From Synechococcus sp. (GTDB taxonomy: Bacteria > Cyanobacteriota > Cyanobacteriia > PCC-6307 > Cyanobiaceae): a stretch of DNA of 64,000 bases. The notes under the pieces were generated by a model that saw only the letters and a list, made by a program, of their open reading frames with translations, made no database searches and was not told the origin of the DNA. The stretch is from positions 416,001-480,000 of the forward strand of contig JBJBCN010000002.1 in NCBI GenBank assembly GCA_047285805.1. The letters are read 5' to 3'. Both the position numbers and the translations under genes were made by a program. Positions 19,273 to 28,540 of the stretch are shown here, in pieces (position 1 is the stretch's first letter; every line of letters starts with the position of its first letter).

Positions 19273-22001
19273 CAATTCAACCATCATCAATAACCTACTA
19301 TACTAGAGTTTCCTGCAACATACCAGTGCCAACATCAGATGGCACTCTAAAGTATCACCTACTTGATCTCTTGCCAGGTTCGATAGATTCGTCATTCTGG
19401 CGTCAACTCATACCCACATTAAATATCGCATTCGAGGAACTTCCAGCCCTAGATGTTGCTGCAGCTTCGCTTTCTAAATATGCATCTGACCCTGGCAATG
19501 AGTATGAAGTTACGCGAAAGATTCTTGACAACCTCTATCTTAATGTTCGTCTCTCACTTTCAAAAAGTCGTCAAGCAGACATCTCCTTTAGAGAGTCTTC
19601 AACCCTTTCAGTTGATGCACCGACACAACGAAAGATTATCTCTAATCAATCTCTCTACCTTGCGCGTATCGAATCTGAAAAGGGTCTTCAGGCGTTTTCA
19701 ATTAATGATGAAGTGGGGGCAGTCAATGCTCCAACAAGATTACTTTTGCCTTCAGGTTCAAGTGTTACCATCTTTGGACAAACAAGCTGCAATATTCTCA
19801 CGACTCTCAGTAATGATGACATTCAAACACTTGTCGATACAATCGCCCATCTCCAGCTTTTACTTGTTCAGGATATAATATCTCGATCTAGGAAGTTAGA
19901 AGCAGACGAGTCTAAGGCCTATAGCTATGCCCTTCAGGCTTTGGAAGAATATATACCTCCATCTCTTAACAAGTCTGATTCAACAGTCTTATCTACAACC
20001 AGTGACTTTGACAATGTCTTTTACTGTGCTGGTGCTGTAGTCAGAAAGGAATCTCAAGCCTCCAATCTATATACGTCCGTCTCACTTGCAGACTGCACTA
20101 CAGAATATGACGCACTTGTTAAGTTGCTAAATGTTTCGTCAGTTCCCTATCGGATATCTGATCCACCTAATGTTTTTGCCGATAACCGTACCTATCTCTT
20201 TGTCAACGAAGATGAATCAGTTACTGCTCATGTTCGAACATCTTATGGATACCGAATAATCTCGAATACTACTACTACTCAAGCTAGAGATGGAGAACCG
20301 CACCCATCTGGGCAGATTATTACCATCTATCCAATTACTCCCGATAATGGAGGCCCTTGGAGCTTTATAAAAACTGGCCTTAGAGATGCTAATGGTCCGT
20401 TGCTTTCTGTGGTCGGGATATCACTCCTCCTTTCAGCAGCGACACTTATTCCTGCTTTTCTGATTGATCAATTGACATCATTATACATTCCTTATGGTAA
20501 CTACTATTCTCTAGTTTTTTTTGGTGTATCAGCTATTGCAGTTCTTGGAATTACGTATATCATCCAACTTCTCCAAGCACGTTACTTAGTCAGATTCGAG
20601 CTTATTACTGACTCTAATCTCCAGACAATGATGGTGGATAGGTTCCTCCGAATTAAGGTCGACGAAGTCGCTTCATACTCTCCTGGAAGTCTTCAAAACC
20701 GAATAATGGGTATATCACAACTTCGATCAACGATCACCTCTAATCTGACACCAATCTTGACCGCTTATCTATCAGTCATCTTCAACTTTATATATCTATT
20801 CGTCTTTTCATGGCAATTGTCGCTCGTCGTAATGGTAGCTGGAGCTCTACTGGGAACAGCTACATTTTGTGCAGCTCAGCAAAGACTAGTTTACTTTAAG
20901 CAGCTCACTGAGCTCGATGGCAAGCTTCTTGAATATACAAATGATTCCATTAATGGTATCCAAGTTCTCAGATCAACTGGAACAACTGATGAACTCCTGT
21001 CCCGTTTTACAAAAGTTGTAAAACCCCTTATCTCAGCAATCTTTAATGCAACTCGTCTACTTAATAGAGTAGACACGCTTTCTGGCTCAACTACTTACAT
21101 ACTGTATATCTTCTTGCTTCCCTTTGCATATCACCTTTCCCATTCAGGCGATTCTGGAGGACGTGTTTTAACGATAGGTGCCACAGTAAGCTTCCTCACC
21201 TGTACCCAAACTTTCCTTTCAAGCTTCGAATCGGCAATTGATAAGTCTATCTCAAGTTTTGTACAGGTGTCTACATACTGGTCTCGTGCAATGGATATCT
21301 TACATCTGCCTGCTGAGCCAGCGCATCTTGAATCAACACCAAAGAATTTTGATGGCTCATTGTCAGCAACTAATCTTGGATTTGTTTATCCATCCAAAGG
21401 TAATATCTCAAATAGGCCGGTCTTTAGCGGGCTCAGCTTTGAATTGAAACCTGCCACTTCTAACCTTATTCTTGGATCATCAAGATCTGGCAAGACAACA
21501 TTGCTTTCTGTCCTATCAGCACTTCATGATACTTACGATGGAACTGTCACGGCTTCTGGACATGACTTAAATACTATGTCACCACGTATTTATCGGTCTT
21601 TCATTTCCAATGTCCCTCAAAACCTTGTGATGAAACAAGGCAGCCTTAAGTCAAACATTAGCTCTGGCGTTTCTGTCTCATCTGATGAGATCGGATCACT
21701 CCTCGAAACCTTTGGGCTTAGTCAGTTCGTTGATTCTTTGCCAATGAAGCTTGGTACCGTAGTTAGTCCAAAGGCTTCGTCAATACCTGTACAGTATAAG
21801 AAAAGACTATTTCTCCTGAGAGCTGCTCTTAAGCGTTCCAAATATGTCTTCATTGATGATGCACTATCTGGTCTTCCTAGTAATGACATACAAAAAGTCT
21901 TGAACTACTTCACTTCAAATGGCGCCACTGTCTTAGCAACGTCATCGAATAGCAGTCTATCTACATACTTTGATCAGACGTTTAGTCTCGACAAGTCTTA
22001 G
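19269..22001 (+). CDS. Second NHLM-type ABC transporter subunit (long N-terminal region, TM domain, degenerate NBD)
   Basis: About 350-aa N-terminal region, TM domain, GSSRSGKTT, LPMKLGTVVS, VFIDD; GTGA overlap; gene order matches the NHLM export triad. Confidence 0.85.
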   Translation: MTIQPSSITYYTRVSCNIPVPTSDGTLKYHLLDLLPGSIDSSFWRQLIPTLNIAFEELPALDVAAASLSKYASDPGNEYEVTRKILDNLYLNVRLSLSKSRQADISFRESSTLSVDAPTQRKIISNQSLYLARIESEKGLQAFSINDEVGAVNAPTRLLLPSGSSVTIFGQTSCNILTTLSNDDIQTLVDTIAHLQLLLVQDIISRSRKLEADESKAYSYALQALEEYIPPSLNKSDSTVLSTTSDFDNVFYCAGAVVRKESQASNLYTSVSLADCTTEYDALVKLLNVSSVPYRISDPPNVFADNRTYLFVNEDESVTAHVRTSYGYRIISNTTTTQARDGEPHPSGQIITIYPITPDNGGPWSFIKTGLRDANGPLLSVVGISLLLSAATLIPAFLIDQLTSLYIPYGNYYSLVFFGVSAIAVLGITYIIQLLQARYLVRFELITDSNLQTMMVDRFLRIKVDEVASYSPGSLQNRIMGISQLRSTITSNLTPILTAYLSVIFNFIYLFVFSWQLSLVVMVAGALLGTATFCAAQQRLVYFKQLTELDGKLLEYTNDSINGIQVLRSTGTTDELLSRFTKVVKPLISAIFNATRLLNRVDTLSGSTTYILYIFLLPFAYHLSHSGDSGGRVLTIGATVSFLTCTQTFLSSFESAIDKSISSFVQVSTYWSRAMDILHLPAEPAHLESTPKNFDGSLSATNLGFVYPSKGNISNRPVFSGLSFELKPATSNLILGSSRSGKTTLLSVLSALHDTYDGTVTASGHDLNTMSPRIYRSFISNVPQNLVMKQGSLKSNISSGVSVSSDEIGSLLETFGLSQFVDSLPMKLGTVVSPKASSIPVQYKKRLFLLRAALKRSKYVFIDDALSGLPSNDIQKVLNYFTSNGATVLATSSNSSLSTYFDQTFSLDKS

Positions 22002-23337
22002 TCCACCGATCCAATATCTCTTCAAGATCCGTTCTTGTTGGATTCATAACTTTCTTGCAACCTGATTCCCTCGCTTCTAATTTCTGAACCTCTAATGTCT
22101 GTTTTATTATCTTTCTTGTGATACTGATTCCAAGTCTTGAGATCGACTTATATAGTAGCATTGCCAATCTAATGATTGACTTCCTCTGCATGATCTCATC
22201 TATCGATGATAAAGTTCTAATTGAGTCAAGGTAGCTCGATATCGCAAAACTGTTTCCCTGCGAAGTCAACAACAAACCTTCCATTGTATCAACTATATAT
22301 TCACGTATAGCATATCTTATAAACGCGGATCGGACTAGGTAAGTCTTCTTATAAGCACCTGACAAGCTTCCCCAATCACGTCTCTGGATCAAGTCACTTA
22401 TAAACTGATTCAAGTCACTGCTAATCACAGTAATATCATTGCGGATACCCTCTGCAAGTAGCAACTGTCTATAAAGCTGTTCCTTCATTACGTCAGCATG
22501 TAGATTAGTATCCAGTATTGTGAGATCTCTAACCGACTGTGTCGACAGTGTCAGCCCATCAAGTTCAGAGTCTCTCGTATCAATATAGACATATGGAGCG
22601 AGTACAAAGTCATCTATAGCACTCTTGCCTGACCTGATACTCTCCACAGATCTATCTATCTCTGCCTGTGTGATGTATTGCGCATTTCGTTGAGGCAGTA
22701 CAAGCAACTCTGCTTCCCGGATAGTCATTTCTAGATCAATACTCTTATAGTCTATATACTCCTCCTTTAAGACCCGAACTACGTCTTTGCTAGCAGAACC
22801 AGCCACTCTATCCATATATTCTTCTATACGCTTCCAGTCTCTCTCCCCAAATGATAGTGTCGAAAGATAACTAACAAGCAAATCTAGGTGATCCTTTAAC
22901 TCTCTATCTTCTACCTTTTCTGCTAATATTCTTAAGTTGATTAATGGTATGCTCAAATGTCTGTAGCCTGCTTCGTTTAACTCATGCAGTAGTCCTACCT
23001 CGTCATCACCTGTACTAGGATTCTCAATATAGTAGCTGTATACGTCCCCAAAGCCGATCATTCCACAAGACTGCATTTCTACAGCTCGTAATGCACCCAT
23101 GCTTGAACAACCAATAACAGTGTATCCAGATTCAATAACCTCTTTTATCTCCCGATGAAGAATGGCGAATTCTTCAAAAAAGTATCCATCTACTACTACT
23201 AACACCTCTACAGAACTATTCTGCATTACATAGTTAACTAAGTCCCCTGCCTTTGCAGGTGGCTGGATGTCCCAACCACAGAAGATATCTTTACTTCCTG
23301 AAGATGGACCTACAAATACAGTTCTCTTATTGATCAT
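21982..23337 (-). CDS. tfuA: TfuA-like protein 2 with C-terminal extension
   Basis: VFVGPS, PPAKAGDL, VDGYF, HREI, GCSSMGALRAVEM, GMIGFG, DDEVGLLH, PLINLR. ATG at 23337 overlaps the ycaO2 stop (ATGA). Confidence 0.92.
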   Translation of the reverse strand: MINKRTVFVGPSSGSKDIFCGWDIQPPAKAGDLVNYVMQNSSVEVLVVVDGYFFEEFAILHREIKEVIESGYTVIGCSSMGALRAVEMQSCGMIGFGDVYSYYIENPSTGDDEVGLLHELNEAGYRHLSIPLINLRILAEKVEDRELKDHLDLLVSYLSTLSFGERDWKRIEEYMDRVAGSASKDVVRVLKEEYIDYKSIDLEMTIREAELLVLPQRNAQYITQAEIDRSVESIRSGKSAIDDFVLAPYVYIDTRDSELDGLTLSTQSVRDLTILDTNLHADVMKEQLYRQLLLAEGIRNDITVISSDLNQFISDLIQRRDWGSLSGAYKKTYLVRSAFIRYAIREYIVDTMEGLLLTSQGNSFAISSYLDSIRTLSSIDEIMQRKSIIRLAMLLYKSISRLGISITRKIIKQTLEVQKLEARESGCKKVMNPTRTDLEEILDRWTKTCRD

Positions 23338-24356
23338 AATGGGAAGCCTGTCAACATAGATCCTTGCCGAAGACTTGGTGACGGCCAAGCAAATACTTTG
23401 CACACATGCACCGGATCTATCGGGAACCTTGTCTGTATATCTACGTACCCGATCTGAATACCCTGCCTGTTCGCCGATTCAAGCAACTTGTTTCTCGTAT
23501 CTATACTGTACTTGTTCGACTCTATCCCTTCATGTCCTATATAGTCAATAACTTCACTCGTTCGTTCCACCGTATCTGTATACTCTTCATACTGAGCTGC
23601 GTAGAACCAGTCATCTCTCGAGGCTGCAATTCTCATCAACCACGTCTGCATTGCCTCAGCTATACAGTCAGTAATTGCTTGTTGTGGACAGTCACCAAGT
23701 CCAAATGCATTAAAGCCACCAGTGACACTTCTTTCTTTTGACTCAATTGAGCATACCGAAATAGGCCAAGCTGACTTATATACATAACACCTTAGGTCAC
23801 TCACCTTCTTCTTCATCTGAATAATCAACTCTCTATTGTGTGACGATAGATGATCTAAGCTTAACTCGTATCTCTCGGCCCTAGATATGATTACTCGTTC
23901 TACAACTTCTACCAAGCCAGATACTAACGCAAGCTCACTGTTAGTATGAGCACCAAGCCCAGTAGTACCCATTGGATACTTGTTTACCAGTCTAAGCGGA
24001 TTATTTAGCCTATACTCTACTGATTCTAATGGGAAATACTCGACAGATCCATTAAGAGCATTCTTACCAACTATACAGTTCACTTGATTAGATAATCTAT
24101 CATCTTTAATTGGCAAGCTACTCTGACGCCTGACTGTCTCATTGTCTACATTCTCTGACGCATATCTTTCAATTGCCTCAACTGCTGTTGCCAGCCACGC
24201 AGTTTCATCGGTCCATCCTTTACCGCTGTCAACAGTCAAGTGAATCGCGCTTGGCCGACATGACTGGTAGACATGAATTGGAAAGTCGTCATATCCGCTT
24301 ATACAACCAATCCTAGTAACCCCAATGTTATTCAATACAGACTCTATTTCACTCAT
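23334..24356 (-). CDS. ycaO: YcaO-family protein 2 (TfuA-associated type)
   Basis: GVTRIG, CRP, DSGKG, EAIER, TTGLGA, EVVER, EAMQT...AASRDD. Confidence 0.88.
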   Translation of the reverse strand: MSEIESVLNNIGVTRIGCISGYDDFPIHVYQSCRPSAIHLTVDSGKGWTDETAWLATAVEAIERYASENVDNETVRRQSSLPIKDDRLSNQVNCIVGKNALNGSVEYFPLESVEYRLNNPLRLVNKYPMGTTGLGAHTNSELALVSGLVEVVERVIISRAERYELSLDHLSSHNRELIIQMKKKVSDLRCYVYKSAWPISVCSIESKERSVTGGFNAFGLGDCPQQAITDCIAEAMQTWLMRIAASRDDWFYAAQYEEYTDTVERTSEVIDYIGHEGIESNKYSIDTRNKLLESANRQGIQIGYVDIQTRFPIDPVHVCKVFAWPSPSLRQGSMLTGFPL

Positions 24357-25725
24357 TGTAAAATCCTTTCAGAAGTGCCGAGATCGACTGATAGCATCTC
24401 TCTTCATCAAGCAGGGTTATAATCTGTCCGAACTCATAGCCTCTTCTATCTCGGATGCACTCGTCCAGTATTACACTTAGGAGTACATACCATCTATCCT
24501 TATAACCACATGACTTTAACCATCCACTGTCAAAACTAGCCATATCAGCGCTGGGATTCACCAATCGATATCTGCTTCTCCAAGCAAGATATACGAGGGG
24601 GTCGTCACTCTTGGTCGATCTATCCAATACTGGGATCGTTATATCTTGTCTTTGGCCCAAATACATTCTTATAATATTCTCATAGCTCACCTCTGCCCCT
24701 CTACCTATAAGTCTAAATTCTGGCCCCGACTCGATCTGACAATTGTATCTCCGGATAATACCTTCGCAATAACTTGCCCGTAAGATATCATTATCTATAT
24801 TGCAATTCCCGAACACCTTAATCTTATCTGCTAGTTGACTTATGTTGATATAAGCTCCTCTTTTCTCGTCCCAGCCTGTTTCCACAATACACTCCTCTTC
24901 GACATATTCTGGCAAGCCGTTCCACCTATTTACTATGGGCATACACCCATTGAGTGCACACTCGATAACGACCTTTCCTTGCGTCTCTTCCGTCGTCGTA
25001 GAAAGTACTATGCAAAGTGAACTCTCTCTAAATAACAAGTCCCTCTGTCCTGTATCTGAATCAAATATCCATTCTATACATACATTTTGATCATTAGCCA
25101 CTTGCTTTAGTTGATTCAAATAATGATAGCTCTTCTCCGATTGATCAGAAAAGAGACATATAGCCATCGTTGGTTTCTTACGTAGAAGCCCGACAGCTCT
25201 GATGGAGTCTACAATATTCTTCGTATATTCAAGTCTTGATACAACTACTATTCGATTCTTTCTCGCTTCGATGTGCGCACTTTTCAAGGAGGATATACGT
25301 ACTGGCTTAACGATGCCCCTCACTCTTGCACCTACTGGTAGGAAGTTCTCTACAAGATCCTTAGAAAAGACCGTGTTAAATACTAATGTATCTCCAGAAC
25401 TCATGAGTAGCACTACAGACCTTATGTATTTCAAGCGACTAACTATAGTATTAATATAGTAGTGCAGGGTTATATCCTTCCGAGCTCTGTTCCTCCACTC
25501 CATTAAATCATCCCAATACTCGCATACAAACATTGATGGCCATATCTCAATATCGTTAAAATGGGACAGGTAGCTTTCCAGGCTACCTATCTCTTCCTTG
25601 CAACTAAAACTATATACTAATACGTTAATCCCTTCCCTTGACCTGTCAGACACGAAATAGTCATTGAACACCTTGGCTGTTGCATTCTCGTTCTCTGACC
25701 CGTGAACTAACCGTACTATAACCAT
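24349..25725 (-). CDS. GT-B fold glycosyltransferase, GT4-like
   Basis: VSRLEYTKNI and the E-x7-E motif ETQGKVVIE followed by GCMPIV...GLPE. Confidence 0.78.
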   Translation of the reverse strand: MVIVRLVHGSENENATAKVFNDYFVSDRSREGINVLVYSFSCKEEIGSLESYLSHFNDIEIWPSMFVCEYWDDLMEWRNRARKDITLHYYINTIVSRLKYIRSVVLLMSSGDTLVFNTVFSKDLVENFLPVGARVRGIVKPVRISSLKSAHIEARKNRIVVVSRLEYTKNIVDSIRAVGLLRKKPTMAICLFSDQSEKSYHYLNQLKQVANDQNVCIEWIFDSDTGQRDLLFRESSLCIVLSTTTEETQGKVVIECALNGCMPIVNRWNGLPEYVEEECIVETGWDEKRGAYINISQLADKIKVFGNCNIDNDILRASYCEGIIRRYNCQIESGPEFRLIGRGAEVSYENIIRMYLGQRQDITIPVLDRSTKSDDPLVYLAWRSRYRLVNPSADMASFDSGWLKSCGYKDRWYVLLSVILDECIRDRRGYEFGQIITLLDEERCYQSISALLKGFYNE

Positions 25726-27287
25726 CTACTTCTCTCCATACAAATATACATTATGGCTAACTGCCACATATCATGGAAGTACAATCCAAGCACATCATCT
25801 GTATTGCCTATCCAGAATAGATTCTTATTAAGTAGTGATCTCACATCCTTTACAGCTCTAAGGGCTTCCCCCTCTTCCAACGAATCAATATATAGTAAGT
25901 GTGGCCTCAACTGCTGTTCTTGACGCAAGAAAGTATTCCACTCTCTTACCCATTCTTCATATCTCTTACAGGCTAGAAGTTCCTCAAACAGTCTATTCCT
26001 ACCATAGCTATGGAATAGTACGTTTCCAGCCAGAAACTCTAGCAATATAAACAACCTCTCCTCATTCTCTATGTCTATAGACTCACCTCTGCATACACAG
26101 TCAACTATATGCTTCTCGTACCTACCCTTGAAGACCTGGCTACATATCCGCTCATCTCTCACATCTAATACACAATCTAACCACTCAACGGCAGAACTAG
26201 TAAACGATATTGCATCTTCTTTGCTTATCGTGGCTCCAGACGAGTTCGATCCACATTGAACTACTTTGTACCTTCTTATTGAATCATAAAGCCATTCCGA
26301 TTCTATTCTGTCTGTAAATGACCGTACTTCAATTGGAGGCTGTCTTTCGGCTCTAAGTATTTTACTCACGGCATCCTGCCTACAGAACATTGAGGTAACT
26401 TCACATTCTTCACTGCTTGTCTGACCTTTTAGCCTCGCCATGTCATCCACTAGGCTCCTCGTCCAAGTCTTTATGTATAATTCATGAACAATAGCGGGTG
26501 AACGTAAAAAGCAAAATATCATAAAATTGGAGATCGTATTAGCATGATCTGAACTCTCCGATATATTCACGACACGCGAATCTTTACTTAGCTGCCTTGG
26601 AATATATGGAGTCCATGCAACACTAATGTTGGAAACTGTATTACTTTTCCCCAACTCGCCTAGCCTATAAAGCGTTAAGAGGCTCTCTAGATCATTTCGT
26701 TTCTGGGACTGAAAACGATCTACGCATCTATTACTAGCCTCTTTCCCAATTAATGCTTCCATATCTTTCTTTATCTTACCCCATGTTCTTTGCTCAAAAT
26801 AACACAACTTCTCTCTTTCTATAAGGATACTCTTGATTTCACGATCTATCATGCCAACATCTTCCAAATGGTTAAGCCAGAAATATATCTCTACAAATGC
26901 CACCGTTGTTGGTTTCCAGCCTTCATCCTCTCCCATATGCAATAGCGCGACGTCGGAATCGTCACGTATACCATTCTTAAAATATTCATATATCTTGCCG
27001 TAGCCCTTCATTCCAAAACAATCTAGTTCTGAGGCTCTTAGTGCACCAAGGGAGGAGACCCCATAAATATTCTTGCCAGCCTCCAGAGTTAATAAAAACT
27101 CTTTGTGCCACGGTGCAGGTATTGTCTTGTATAACCCGTCTGCAACAATTATGTTCTCAATATCTTTATCTGTGAGATCTTCGAATAAATCAGACTGCTT
27201 GCATGGGCCTTTTAATGTTATTCCTTCAACTAGTGATTCTTTGATTCCATAAAGGCTTGGACCAGCGTATAAGACTGTATTTGACAT
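25716..27287 (-). CDS. tfuA: TfuA-like protein 1 with ~300-aa C-terminal extension
   Basis: LYAGPSL, ADGLY, WHKE, GVSSLGALRASEL, GMKGYG, DDSDVALLH, QKRND; TAATG overlap with ycaO1. Confidence 0.92.
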   Translation of the reverse strand: MSNTVLYAGPSLYGIKESLVEGITLKGPCKQSDLFEDLTDKDIENIIVADGLYKTIPAPWHKEFLLTLEAGKNIYGVSSLGALRASELDCFGMKGYGKIYEYFKNGIRDDSDVALLHMGEDEGWKPTTVAFVEIYFWLNHLEDVGMIDREIKSILIEREKLCYFEQRTWGKIKKDMEALIGKEASNRCVDRFQSQKRNDLESLLTLYRLGELGKSNTVSNISVAWTPYIPRQLSKDSRVVNISESSDHANTISNFMIFCFLRSPAIVHELYIKTWTRSLVDDMARLKGQTSSEECEVTSMFCRQDAVSKILRAERQPPIEVRSFTDRIESEWLYDSIRRYKVVQCGSNSSGATISKEDAISFTSSAVEWLDCVLDVRDERICSQVFKGRYEKHIVDCVCRGESIDIENEERLFILLEFLAGNVLFHSYGRNRLFEELLACKRYEEWVREWNTFLRQEQQLRPHLLYIDSLEEGEALRAVKDVRSLLNKNLFWIGNTDDVLGLYFHDMWQLAIMYICMERSRWL

Positions 27288-28468
27288 TATCCAGCTGCCG
27301 GTGAATGTATCTCTCTTGAGATCAAGTTAGCACTTTCAAGATTAAGTCCACCAAGTCGACTCAGATTTCTATATCCATTGTAATTATACCCATGAAGCCC
27401 TTCAACAAGTACCCTTACAACGTGAATCATCTCGTCAGCTTGATCATACGTGTGTATATAAATGCTCTCTCCATGTTCACGCACTACTTCATCCACGATC
27501 TGTTCTAATGATGGATTATCTCCTAGTGTCCCCTTCCTTAAATCGACCCCATCCCCTACTCTCTTCCCAATCTTGTCCTTAGGAAATGTAGTCAGATATA
27601 GATCCTTGTTCATATCTTCTCTAGATCCCGAAATTGATATTACTCTTGCTTGGTGAGCTTCTGTTATTGCCCTGGTTGCTGCAATTACTCCGTTTGTATA
27701 AGTACCATATCCACACCATGCTTGCATGCCATCCGATATGAGGCACTTATAAGTCGGAAATGCTTCCCAAATAGTGTTATCGTACAAACCAACGACTATA
27801 TTGCTATCTACTGACAACTTATCTCCCAATACCTTCAGTTCTCCTTCTTTCAGCACTGCGCTATCAACTTCTATATCTGTCGATCGCCCATTCTGTTCAT
27901 TCAACGTTATACAATGTCTTTCTATTACCTCGTGTATACCTGATCTGCATGCATCATCCCAGCTTATCCCCGACGCTAGTCCATTTGATGACAAATAAAA
28001 GCATCCTCTTTTTCTCGGATTTGTCATCCTTCTAAAATCCAGGCTTACGCTGTCAAACGGTATGTAAACTTCTTCCTTTGTGATCATGTCAATCGCCGTT
28101 GACCATTTTTCCTTGCTATTTCTTGTATAATCGATCATTGTTATAGCCAAACGATCTACCGAGCATATTCGACCTTCTAACTCACTCTCTTTACATTCTA
28201 TAGTCCAATCTGCTTCTTCTGCGATATGGCATTCAAAGCTTTCCATTAATGCAGATATATTTGCTTGCAGCTGAGTAACACCTTTGCCTCCACTCTGCGA
28301 CAACACTTTTGAATTTGGCCTGTAGGCTATTGATACACCTAATTCTTCTTTTACAAACCCACTAATACTTGCCAACCGTGATACAGAAAACTTACTCTTG
28401 ATCGTATTTAGATACGTGAGCAAACTCTCTGATGCAGTCTTGTTTTCCTTAATTCTGGTTTCAATCAC
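27287..28468 (-). CDS. ycaO: YcaO-family protein 1 (TfuA-associated type)
   Basis: YRPNS, SGGKG, SALMESFE, SSNGLASG, EVIERH, GYG, RAITEAHQAR...SGSRED, VRVLVEGL. Confidence 0.93.
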   Translation of the reverse strand: MIETRIKENKTASESLLTYLNTIKSKFSVSRLASISGFVKEELGVSIAYRPNSKVLSQSGGKGVTQLQANISALMESFECHIAEEADWTIECKESELEGRICSVDRLAITMIDYTRNSKEKWSTAIDMITKEEVYIPFDSVSLDFRRMTNPRKRGCFYLSSNGLASGISWDDACRSGIHEVIERHCITLNEQNGRSTDIEVDSAVLKEGELKVLGDKLSVDSNIVVGLYDNTIWEAFPTYKCLISDGMQAWCGYGTYTNGVIAATRAITEAHQARVISISGSREDMNKDLYLTTFPKDKIGKRVGDGVDLRKGTLGDNPSLEQIVDEVVREHGESIYIHTYDQADEMIHVVRVLVEGLHGYNYNGYRNLSRLGGLNLESANLISREIHSPAAG

Positions 28469-28472
28469 GCTT

Positions 28473-28516
28473 AAAAAAAAAAGCTGACGATCGCTCGCAA
28501 TGGCGATTGTCAGCTT
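28473..28516 (-). terminator. Intrinsic terminator/attenuator between the precursor gene and ycaO1
   Basis: 14-bp stem with one mismatch (28481-28494 with 28503-28516), 8-nt loop and a 10-nt U run on the minus strand (28473-28482). Confidence 0.82.
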
Positions 28517-28540
28517 ATCTTATCTTGTTTGAACTACAGG

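Noticed and set aside
23334..28468. Azole/azoline (TOMM or cyanobactin) interpretation of the YcaOs
   Set aside because: Both YcaOs are TfuA-coupled and lack a PxP C-terminus; there is no E1-like partner, dehydrogenase or PatA/G protease.
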